Part shown: positions 27,201 through 39,800 of the stretch, in pieces | Layout: each line of letters starts with the position of its first letter | Numbering within the stretch: position 1 is the stretch's first letter | NCBI GenBank assembly: GCA_951406725.2 | Contig: OX597837.1 | Location: 25,110,001-25,174,000 of the forward strand | Length of the DNA stretch: 64,000 bases | Direction: 5' to 3' | Source: Octopus vulgaris | Lineage: Eukaryota | Program-made: the position numbers and the translations under genes | The notes under the pieces: generated by a model | What the model was told of the DNA's origin: nothing | The model's database searches: none | Seen by the model: the letters and a program-made list of their open reading frames with translations, nothing else

Positions 27201-30200
27201 ATTTATTAATTTATTATATGACGGAACGCACGCATCCATTTCTAAGTAAATTTGTTCTATATATATATATGTAATATATATATCGCCACATGTACACACA
27301 TCTTTATCATCATTTAATGAGTATTTTCCATGCTAGCATGAGTTGGACGATTTGACCGGAGCTGGCAATTCAGAAGACTGTGCCAGGCTCCATTGTGTTT
27401 TGGCTTGGTTTCTACAGCTGGATGCCCTTCCAATGCTAACCACTCCACAGAGTGTACTCGGTGCTTTAACATAGCACCAGTACAGATGCTTTTTAATAAG
27501 CATACACACACACACATTGTCTGCTGAGGTTCAGTGTATTATATCTAACAGATTACAATATCATTAAATGTATACCAGTTGAAGTAAATAGGAGTTGAGA
27601 ATATCGACTTACTTGAACAAAGATCAACAACATCTTGTTCAGTTGACTTGATGTTTATTTTTTCCAAACAGCATAATGTTGTCTGAAAACAAGAAACAAG
27701 ATTAACATTAGCCAAACCAAGAAATACATTTTAATATTCACAGTATAACTTTAAATTCCCATTCAATTTGGAGTTTAATTTTTCAGAAATAGTTCTATAA
27801 ATTTTAGATAACTTTCATTGCCAATTCCAGGTCATTGTTTTCATGTACCCTTCCAAGATGATGGAAAATATCAAAAATATTTTTTTTAAATATATACAGG
27901 GTGCGGTGAATAAACTGTTGTCTAAATTATGCAAAAATGAAAATAACACCGAGATTTTAGCAGATATATATTTATCAAAATTACATAAAACTATCTTGAA
28001 ATACTATAGAGTAAATTTATTCAATAAAATTGCCCTTGGCTTCAACCTCAGCCTCCAGACAACTTCAGAATCTCCTGCAACTCTTCTGGACAGTCTCCTA
28101 GTTTAAGTTGGTGAATGCTGCCACAATCCTTGCTTTCAGTTCATTTTTGGTGTTACAAGCAGTTTTGTTGTGCTCTTGCACAAACAGGTTTCCATCTACC
28201 AAATCCACTCAAAAGTTTTAGTTGGCCTAGAGCTGTTGTAGAAGACACTTGCTCAAGGTGCCACTCAGTGGGACTGATCCCAAAACCACATGGTTAGGAA
28301 GCAAACTTCTTAAACACTGGGCCATGCCTGTGTGTCTTGGGTAAAACACTAAGCTGTATTACTAGTTCCAATTATTCCAAAATGAAAAGATACCCTCAGT
28401 GTCTGGGGAATTTTATCTGTTAAATTAGCATTTTATCTGGTGATGGTAAATTTGCTTTTAATCTTAATGGATTAGAAACTAAAGAGAAATATCAGTCATG
28501 TAGTAATTGTCAGTGTTGAAAGTGTTTAAAGAGCTTATCTCTATAATTACAAGAATATAACATTGAAAGATAAAATGAATTTTAGAAATGATGTGAGAAA
28601 AGGTAAGCCAATAGTTACAGTTTGTAGTTGGTGAGTCTTTTTGAAGAAACTGGATAAAACATCAGATAAAAGTGGCAACAGGTCACCATAAATGGTAGGA
28701 CTCTCCTGGAGAAAAATGGTAGAGAATATTTCAGTTACGCAGACATGGTTAATATCATTAAAAGAAGTCTAGTTCTTCTACATCATACTTCAGTAGTTGT
28801 CATTTAGGAATGTCAGTTATTTATAAAAAGAGCTAATATTCACATATTCGACAAAAGAAACTGATAGGATAATCATCAGCCTTTAAAAAATGAATTAGCA
28901 TAAATACTGCAGTCAATTCATTCAACTAAAAATCCTTTAGTGCAGTGCTCCAGCATGGCCACAGTCTAATGACTGAAGCAAGTAAAAAGAAATATATATA
29001 TATATATATATATAAATATATACATGATGACTGCCCCCTCGTTATCGAGTATGGCCATTGGACGAAGCTTAACTTTTATTGGTGCTGTGATCGAATGTGA
29101 CTTTTATTTGCTTTTTAAGGCTACAGCTAGCCATTCAGTTGAGACTCACAGCACCATCAACAATCATGAACAAAGTTGTTATCGTGCAATGCCTGTGCAA
29201 GAAGATTTTTTTTAAAGTGAGGAAAGGCTGTGCACTGAGTCAATCCCACTCACTAAGCAGCCATAATCCGAAAAGAAGAACAAGTCAACATCATCGGTAA
29301 CCACTGAACCGCAGGTTTTATGTCGGAGTTATCCCAGTTACCCGAGTTACCTTCTAAAAGGATGCCCTAACAAAGGCTAGGAGTCCTTCACTCCCAATGG
29401 TTTAACCACACGATCAGGTATTCAGTCCAATTATTTCTATGTCCCTGCGCATATGTACATACCTACATATATATATGTATATATACATGCATATAAGAGT
29501 ACAGGACATAAATAAAAAACATTGAACATAATGAGAAACGAAAGCAAAATCATAGAAACGAACTTTTTTTGGACAATGAAAAAAAACAGAGAAACTAGAC
29601 ATACAACATAAAGAATATTCCCCTTCTTCAGTTGTCCCTGTTTTATCTACTCCAAGTTTTGAATATATACATATATATATCATTATTATCAATATTATAG
29701 CTTTGTTAAGCTATATATAAAAATAATCAGAAACAAGCGTGTGTCGAGGTATTGTTTATTCTGTTTTAATCAACATCTGGGGTTCTCAATCATTTTTTAT
29801 CTATGGACCCCTTTAATTACTATTTTATTATGGTGGACCCCCATAGCCATTCGATGTTTAAAACTTAGTTTTATAGACATTTCTTTCAAAATTACTATTT
29901 TCCTTTTTCACACATTCACTTGTGTAGGTTGAACTATGTAAAACATTTGAGAAAGAACCTAACTGTTTCTTGTAATACATCCAAATACATACATCTAAAG
30001 CAAAATTTTTCAGGGGCCCTTAAAATACAATTGTTTCAATATTCTCTTTTCTGTGCTTGCCTTTTCTTTTACCACCCTCACCTGTTTCCAAGCAGGGTAA
30101 CATTTTTCCATGCCCAGATACATTTTTGCAAAATACTGGAAATGAATGACACTGCTTGTATGACAGTGACACTCATTTACAACTATCACACAATGTGAAG

Positions 30201-33200
30201 ATATGGAGACACACCGGCATACACCCATGATGGTTTTCTTTCAGTTTTTTGCCTACCGAATTCACCCACAAGGATTAGTCCAGTCCGGGGCCAGAATAGA
30301 AGGTACATGGCCAAAGTGACACACAGTGGGACGGAACTCATAACCATAGGGTTGGGATGCAAGCTTCTTAACCACAGCCACATCTATGCCTTTATATCTA
30401 CAAAACCATGTCTTCACCAATAGGAATAGTATCTATGCACAATAATTTTGAAACCTTTCCTACAAGACATCATTGGCCATCAACAATTGTACAAATGGAA
30501 GACTTTTAACTGCCATAAGAGAACCATCCGAACATGGCTGTTGCCAGCGCTGCCCCGACTGGCCTCCGTGCCGGTGGCACGTAAAAAGCACCATCCGATC
30601 GTGGCCATTTGCCAGCCTCGTCTGGCCCCTGTGCCGGTGGCACGTAAAAAGCACCCACTACACTCACGGGGTGGTTGGCGTTAGGAAGGGCATCCAGTTG
30701 TAGAAACACTGCCAAATTAGACTGGAGCCAAGTGCAGCCTCCTGGCTTCCCCAGTTGAACCGTCCAACCCATGCAGGCATGGAAAACGGACGTTAAACGA
30801 TGATGATGATGAATTCTTCAAACTCAGCTAAAAGCAAACACAAGGTATAGCCCTTAGCATACTTCAGTGAACTTAGCTAAAAAGCAGGTGTCACCTTCAG
30901 TTCTCATCTGATTAGTTGGTGTTAGAATGGAGCATCTTGCTCAAACTTTGCAGAACGTTGCAACCCTAAAAATATTTAATTAAACTGAACTTACTTTACA
31001 ATGTTCATAAGATTGTGTTAAAACTCTGAGGACAGAGGAGAGCAAGGAATGTATATTTTCCAAGTCGACAAGTTCACTGGCTCCACACACATATTTCATG
31101 CAACTCTCTGTAGATTCCACGATATTTAAAGCAAGCTGTTAATATACAAAATAAAAATAAAAATAAAAATACAGTTCTATATGTAAGAGATGAGGAATTA
31201 TGTACATTATTTACATTCGACGGATATTTGTCCTCATCTTGTTTGTTGTTAACAAAATGTTTCAGCTGATATACCCTCCAGCCTTCTTCAGGTGTCTTGG
31301 GGAAATTTTGAACCTGGGTTCTCATTCCTAAGGTATTTTTTGATATTATTATTATTATTATTATTATTATTGTTCAGGTCACTGCTTGGAATCGAACTCG
31401 GAATCTTGGGGTTAGTAGCCCGTGCTCTTAACCACTACGCCATATGCCCATGGGCATATGGCGTAGTGGTTAAGAGCACAGGCTACAAGGCAGTGACCTG
31501 AATAATAATAATAACATCGAAAAATACCTTAGGAATGAGAACCCAGGTTTTAAATTTCCCCAAGACACCTGAAGAAGGCTGGAGGGTATCTCAGCCGAAA
31601 TGTTGTGTTCACAACAAACAAGATGAGGACAAACATCCGTCAAATGTAAATAATATATAAAAATAAAAAATTTTTTAAATTAAAAAAAGAAAACTTTTTA
31701 ACATAAATATAGGGTCTTAGATTTAAGGGATCAACACTGATTATTAAATGGACTCCAATATTTAACTGGTACTTATTTTATCAACTCCCAAAGTTTGACC
31801 AATTTGGAATTTGAACACAGAAGTTAAAGAACCAAAACAGATACCATGAGGTATTTTTCTCCAGTGTTCTAAAAATTCTGTTTGTCTAGTAGTAGTAGTA
31901 GTAGTAGTAGTAGTAATAATTGTTATTATTATTATTTCAAATTTTTTCCACAAGGGCAGCTTGGGGGAAGTGTGGATAAGTTAATTACATTGACCCATGT
32001 TCAACTGGTACTTACTTTATTGATCCCTGAAGGAAGAAAGGCAAAGTTGACCACAGTGGAATTTGAACTTAGAACATAGCAATGGGCGAAATACCTATTT
32101 CTTTACTACCCACAAGGGGCTAAACACAGAGGGGACAAACAAGGACAGACAAACATGTGAAGTTGATTATATCGACCCCAGTGCATAACTGGTACTTATT
32201 TAATCAACCCCGAAAGGACGAAAGGCAAAGTCGACCTCGGCGGAATTTGAACTCAGAATCTAGCGGCAGACGAAATATCGCTGAGCATTTCGCCCGGCGT
32301 GCTAACGTTTCTGCCAGCTCGCCGCCTTTTTCTTTTTTTTTTCCCGGAACCATGCGGTTGAGAAGCAAATTTTTTACTACATGGCCACGCTGAGCGAAAT
32401 ACCACTAAGCATTTCATCCAGCACGCTAACGATTCTGCTGGCTCGTCACTTTTGATTATATATTGGAAACTTACCTTCAGCATAGCCACAACGTCTTGGT
32501 GGCATTCAGATGACTTTTCTGTAACTTCTTGAATTTGCTTAGCATTTTCTAGTATCTCTGCCAACAAATCATTTATCTGGAACACAGACGGAATATTCAA
32601 TTAGGCTTTGTAATTTTCAATGTATGAGGAATTGGAAATTGCAATATTTCTACTGTTCCAAAGAGAATAAATGAAACCCTATCTTCTACAAAATGTGAGG
32701 AAACTGTAATTCTTCAAAACCCTAAATCTTGCTTTTTGGTAAACTATAAAGTAATTTATATCTTACCTTTAATACTGGCAAGAAATGGAATAGTAATTTT
32801 GTTATTAAACTAATTATAGTATAGCTAATTATTATAGTATAGTTAATTACACTGTGTAATACAATTTTTTCCTTGGGTAGCAACAGTTATTTCCTACTTG
32901 CTTACTCCTAAAAAGTATGGAAAATGGTTAATATTTCCTTCAGACTTTGCTTTTGTTACATCTATTCAAACCCTAAAAGAATCCCTCTCAACACATGGCT
33001 ATGGTGCTCCCCAACTACTCTTGCTCATGATCTGAGATGCACATATTGTCAGCCATTAAGGGACATACTCAAGTGGTAAAGGTCAAACAACTGACAAGAA
33101 AATCTGTGGTAGTGAGCAGAATACCAGTTATAATGATATTTCTGCTTCAGCAACCCAGTGCTGAATCTGTCTGAAATGTAATGGAAAATAGGTCAGTTTT

Positions 33201-34996
33201 CAAAACATTGATGTTCAGGTCAGAAAAGCAAAGTTTGAAGGGAATAGTAATGATTTCTATTGATTTCTAGATAGAAGTAAATAGGAGATAACACTTACTG
33301 ACCAAAGACAGAAATAAAAATTTTGTTACACAATGTTATTATTGTATTGTTAATTATAGTATAGTTAATCAAGCGTGATCGCTGCCAGAGCAACTGACTG
33401 GCTTCTGTGCCAGTGGCACGTAAAAAGCACAATTCAAACGTGATTGTTATCAGCGTCGCCTTACTGGCAATTGTGCCAGTGGCATGTGAAAAACATTCAA
33501 GCGAGGTCGTTGCCAGTGCCACTGGACTGGCTCCTGTGCAGATGGCATGTAAAAAACACCATTTGAGCATGGCCATTGCCAGTACTGCCTGACTGGCCCT
33601 CATGTCGGTGGCACATAAAAGCACCCGCTACACTCTCAGAGTGGTTGGCGTTAGGAAGGGCATCCAGCTGTAGAAACTCTGCCAGATCAGATTGGAGCCT
33701 GGTGCAGCCATCTGGTTTGCCAGTCCTCAGTCAAATCGTCCAACCCATGCTAGCATGGAAAGCAGACGTTAAATGATGATGATTAAGATCCTGGTCCCTA
33801 GAAAAGATGCATTTTTTTGTGTTTTAATACAAGAAAAAGAGCAGCAGTCAAAATGTATTTCAGGGAAGCAGACACTAAAGAGGTGAGGGCACTTAGACCA
33901 GAGACCTTCCTTAAATACTTACAACACAGAGAAGACTCTACTAAAGGCAGCTGTGGGCCATGTTACCATCATAATTTAATGTTTGTTTTCCATGCTGACA
34001 TGGATTGGATGGCTTGAGAGAAGCTGGTAAGGCCAGAGGCTCCACTGTCTATTTTGGCATGGTTTCTACAGCTTGATGCCTTTCCTAACACCAACCACTT
34101 TACATCCTAGATGAAAAGAGTCACAGTCGGACTGTTTGTGCCAGGAAGAGCATCAAAAGCCAACCCTGTTTGAATAGACCTTTCCTTATGTAATGTAGCC
34201 TTCCTTTATCAAAATAATATGTTATTTTAAGAAGATCAAGCTGCTCCTTCTCTCATTGGCTTATCAAGTTCACGAATGATGTGTGGCTTACAATTTGTAT
34301 TCTAATAAAATAAGTTGTTGGTCTTGTTTTAAAAGGTAAAATATTTAAAATAGGAAGTAAGAATAACCATGAGATGAAGTCTTTCAAGTGACCAGAAAAC
34401 TTGTTTAGAAGTCATTGACTATGCCGGTGGCACGTAAAAGCACCCACTACACTCACGGAGTGGTTGGCGTTAGGAAGAGCATCCAGCCGTAGAAACATTG
34501 CCAGATCAGACTGGGCCTGGTGCAGCCTTCTGGCTTCCCAGACCCCAGTTGAACCGTCCAACCCATGCTAGCATGGAAAGCGGACGCTAAATGATGATGA
34601 TGATGGACTCAAAATTAGCAATGGAGGTAAATGTGTCAACAGAATAGCAGCAAGAATAAGAAGGTGGAATATGAGAGTTGTTACTTTTGTTGGTAATAAA
34701 AAGGTTTCTCTCTCTGTGATGTTACCTGAAAGACAGACAGACATCACACATAAGTATGACACTGCTACTACCATGCAATATCATACTTATGTGTGATGCA
34801 TGGTCACTGAATGAGGATATGTGAAGGTTAGGAAGAAATGAAGTAAACAGGTGGCTGTGTGGTAAGAAGTTTGTTTCCCAAGCACATGATTCTGGGTTCA
34901 GTCCCACTTGTGGCACCTTGGGTAAGTGTCTTCTATTATTACCACAGTCCAACCAATGCCTTCTGAGTGAGTTTAGTAGACAGAAACTGAAAGATC

Positions 34997-35040
<44 letters not shown>

Positions 35041-36791
35041 TAAAAACGGTAAGATAACAAAAGAAAGAAAGAGACCTCAATAGAGGAAATTTTAATTAGC
35101 GGTCATTGAATTAGCGCTTTTATATAAGTAGCAGACTATAACACAGTAATTTCCTTTTGTATAACGGCCTTTTTTCATAGCGTTTTTCAGATGGCCAGAT
35201 AACCAAAGAGATGGTGTTGTGGTTTTCCACCTCGGCATCTGAAACACAGTTTTATCTTGGCTACCGAATAATTGTCACATATTATTTTACAGATATATAT
35301 ATATCTGTGTCTGTGTTTGTCCCCTACCACCACTTGACAACTGGTGTTTGTACATTTACATCCCTGGAACTTAGTGATACAGCAAAAGTGACTAATAGAA
35401 TAAGTACTAGGCTTAAGGTCGATTCATTTGACTAAAAATTCTTCAAGGTGGTGAAACAAGTAAAAGATAGAAGATAAAGGCACCACTTGATGTGCAATGT
35501 TAGCCAGCCGAAATAAAGAAGCCAAGAGAAAAACTGGATGTCAGAGGACTCGGCCATCATACACAAATTCAAAGACTGTGCTTGTATGGAAATATGAAAG
35601 TCTAAGATTGAAATAAATTCATCATCATCATTGTTTAACGTCCGTTTTCCGCGCTAGCACGGGTTGGACGGTTCGACCGGGTTCTGGGAAGCCAGGGGCT
35701 GCACCAGGCTCTAGTCTGATCTGGCAGTGTTTCTACAGCTGGATGCCCTTCCTAATGCCAACCACTCCGCGAGTATAGTGGGTGCTTTTTACGTGCCAGG
35801 GGAGTCTGGCATCGGCCACGATCGGTTGGTGCTTTTAACGTGCCACTGGCACGGAAGTCAGTCAAGGCGGCGCTGGCATTGGCCACATTCGGTTGGTGCT
35901 TTTTATGTGCCACCGGCACAGAAGCCAGTCGAGGCGGCGCTGGCATCAGCCACGTTCAGATGATGCTTTTTATGTGCCACCGGCACAGAAGCCAGTCGAG
36001 GCGGCGCTGGCATCAGCCACGTTCAGATGGTGCTTTTTATGTGCCACCGGCACAGAAAAATGTGAGAAGTGTTGAAGTGTGACTTTGGAATATTTGACTT
36101 CACAAGGGTCAATGATGATGAGATGCAACAAGTGGTGAGATGCTGTGCTGGAAAAGACTTGTCCAACCCATACCAACATGGAAAAACAGATGTAAAAGCA
36201 TTTTGGTTTTTCGTCATCATCATTTAACATCTGTCTTCCAGGCTAGCATGGGTTGGATGATTTGACAGAAGCTGGCAAGCCACAGGACTGCATCAAGCTC
36301 CGCTGTCTGTTTTAGCATGGGTTTTACAGCTGGATGCTCTTCCTAATGCCAGCCACTTTACAAAGTGGACTGAGTGCTTTTTATGTGGCACAAACACTGG
36401 TGCATGTGTTATATATATAGGTGCAGGAGTGGCTGTGTGGTAAGTAGCTTGCTAACCAACCACATGGTTCTGGGTTCAGCCCCACTGCGTGGCATCTTGG
36501 GCAAGTGTCTTCTGCTATAGCCCCGGGCCGACCAATGCCTTGTGAGTGGATTTGGAAGACGGAAACTGAAAGAAGCCTGTCGTATATATGTATGTGTGTG
36601 TGTATTTGTGTGTCTGTGTTTGTCCCCCTAGCATTGCTTGACAACCGATGCTGGTGTGTTTACGTCCCTGTTACTTAGCGGTTCGGCAAAAGAGGCTGAT
36701 AGAATAAGTACTGGGGTCGATTTCCTTGACTAAGGGCGGTACTCCAGCATGGCCGCAGTCAAATGACTGAAACAAGTAAAAGAGTAAAGAG

Positions 36792-36839
<48 letters not shown>

Positions 36840-39800
36840 TGTTAGTGTGTGACAGATCCTTCAACAATGGTAACCCACCCATCCTTCACTAAAAGAAAAA
36901 ATAAATAAATTATAGAAGGTTGAAAACATTGAATAATTTTTGAGAAATTACAAGAAACAGCAATTTTCTTTTTATCTTGAAATGAGAAACAATTACAGAT
37001 TATATGGCCTTCTGCAGTTGCTGCTGATTAGTCAAACTGAAGGAAATGATTATTATATGATAAGCATTTAGAAATACTGAGTTGATAATGTTTAAAGGTC
37101 AAAGAAACTGGGATAAATAACAAATGGCTCCCTTATCAGTTGGGTAGAGTTGCTCCTTCAATTTTATGAAATTGCTACTAAATCCCCTACCTTTGAACTT
37201 ATGTTGTGAAAGAGTCTCGTCTCAATAACTGCAAGCTTCATGTGAGGCAGAAACGATGTACAAATAATATTCAAAACCCCTGAAAAAAGAATGAAATAAA
37301 TATGAAATCATAGAAACTGAGAAATAAAACAAGAAAAACACATCTTTTTCTCTCATAAATGTAAGCTAATTCTGTGGTTCCCAAAGTGGGTAGTACTGCC
37401 CTACCCCTAAGGAGAGTGGACAGATTCAGGAGCCATTGAAAAAAAGTAATGGGGTGGCCCAAAGTAACAAAATAGGGGGTTAATTATGTTAAGTTCTATT
37501 AGTGAAATAAATAGTTGTTTTGAAGTTGCTTCAGAAAGTGAACTACATTTGTGGGTTGTGGAGCGGGGGAAGGAATGTGGCCTGAGTGCCACAACCCGAA
37601 AAAAGTTAGGGAATCACCAAGTTAGTTGATATAAAAGATTCTATTTGCATAAAAAAAAAATAATTGGACCACTGCATAGTAGTTGTAGTTGTAGACATTT
37701 GTATTTTGATACATAATAATAATGTTCGTCCTTCGGGTTCGAAGATGACCATGACATCATTTGGTGGAATTGCTGCTATGAGACCGGAGGTGGCTGGTGA
37801 GGCCAATCCGGGCAAGGAAGCCCTTCCCACAGGTGGAGCAGAAGTGGGTAGGGGCTGTGCTATTGGTGCAGGTGGCTCTGGCTTTCCGCATCTGGCGTTT
37901 CTGTTCTGCTGACTGAACCCGTCTCTCCTCGGCTGTCTTTGCTCCTGTGGTGATTGCGCCGCGCCAGGATGAGCAGTCGGCAGCAAGTGTCTCCCAAGTC
38001 TCTGTGCCGATGGAGAAGTCTTTGAGAGAGACTTTGAGACTGTCCTTGAAGCGCTTCTTCTGCCCTCCGACTTTGCGTTTGCCCTGATACAAACCACAAG
38101 GTTAACAATTAACTCCCTCAATATTCTGGCCGACTGGCAGAATCATTAGCATGCTGGGCAAAAATGCTTAGCGATATTTCATCCATCTTTATGTTCCGAG
38201 TTCAAATAGTCTGCCAAGGTTGACTTTGTCTTTCATCCTTTTGGGGTCGCTAAATTGAGTACCAGTTGAGCACTGGGGTCAAAGTAATTGACTCAACCCT
38301 TCCCCCACAATTTCAGGCCTTGTACCAAAAATTTGTTAAATTCTGCTTTTTGAGGCTCTAAGTTACCATCAGTTCATACAATTCTGGTACATGCTGATGT
38401 CTTGCAAACAACTTGCACATGCAAGTGCTACCAGTCAAAAGCTCCATATACTGGAAGCCAGCAAGTGTATGGGGTCATCAGGAGAGAATGCGCGCCGTTT
38501 CGGGGCCTACCTCTCGATGGCATCAATGCGCACCGGCCCCCCCTCACTGATATGAGGCCCCGCTTGCTATATCAGCTGGTTATGAAGTTAAACTCAATAT
38601 CCTTCTAGCCATTACTCATTGTCTCTTTTTAACCAAATCCAGTGGCTAGCCTTCTCCACTGTAGATTGGATATCAGTCATGGTGGTATTGACTTTACGAT
38701 GAGTTAGGCCTAGCGATAACAACAGTCATTTCACTGTGTCCAACGAACTCTCTACATCCGACTTCGATTGGAAAATGTTCCGCTTTCCAGCCTGCGTCTT
38801 CACATTCCTCAAGGAGGTTTACATAACGGTTCAATTTTCGAGCCCGAGCGGTGTCCATATTATCTTCATGAGGAACCGTTAGCTCGACTATATGTTGTAG
38901 GTTAGAAACTTTGAGAAAGCTTAAGAAACAAACTGACAAAGAAAATTTCAGCTTTTGAGTCACACAATTTGGGTTAGGGTTAGAGATGAGGGAATGTGTA
39001 TAACGTATGGTTATGTCTGTCTACAAATCCTGCCAATAACAATATGCAGCTACTACTACTACTGCTGTTTTCCAATGTTCCCAGTGTACAAAAGTACTGG
39101 ATGACATCAAGATGTAATCAATATGGTTGTATCTCTATTCCTCTAGGTTTTAAGCCAATCCAGCTGCTATGTTGAAATACAGTGGGTCAATCTAGTGTCT
39201 TTATAAGACATCGCTACAAATTCAAGGTGGCATCAAAAGGTTCCTGGACTAGTTATCTATAACAATAAAAGCAAAATTCTGTCTGTCTGGGACCCCTGTA
39301 TCTCAGTCTATATTTGCCCTACATAGACATATTATACCTTTTTGGAATCAGGATGATGCCGAGATTGACTTGTAGTGACGTCTTTTTCCAGTGTGCGCAC
39401 ACGCAACATCATTCTTCAGTGTGCGTGTGCGGAACGTCATTCTTCAATGTGCGTGTGCGGAACGTCATTCTTCAGCGTGCGTGTGCGGGGCTGGAACCTT
39501 CTGGAAAGGCCTAAGGAAGTTCCCTCATGCACAAGAGACAAGAAAATTCTATCACGTTCCTTGTTAGCATCGTTGACTTGAGACACGGCTATTGAAGAGA
39601 AAGGACATGTTAAACGTGTGATCAGCCATTCTCCTGTCCCAGATGCTTAGGATTTGACCTGCTCTGTTGCTACTGAATTTGTTGTAAAAATCTTACAAAT
39701 GTTAAAATTTAGCCTTGCTATATCAAACCAAGTGGATACCAATATACCAACGTACTTCTTTTGTAAATAAAAAAATAAAGAGTCATATATATTTTAAAGG

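Noticed and set aside
31385-31455. tRNA gene (also the heads at 22190-22256 and 43283-43355)
   Set aside because: No complete acceptor stem; each continues into a repeat body, so these are SINE heads.
32767-32809. Exon-like segment with a strong donor (LITKLLFHFLPVLK)
   Set aside because: The acceptor phase is incompatible with exon 3 and the segment is not needed for the frame.
34685-34725. 41-nt phase 1-0 exon-like segment (NITERETFLLPTK) with a CAG|GTAAC recursive-site-like acceptor
   Set aside because: Exon 37191-37279 already supplies the conserved FLPHM segment and the donor is weak; RNA evidence would be needed.
35040-35290. Possible further hammerhead in a TA-embedded fragment (stem followed by GAAAC)
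   Set aside because: No CTGANGA core or stem I found upstream.
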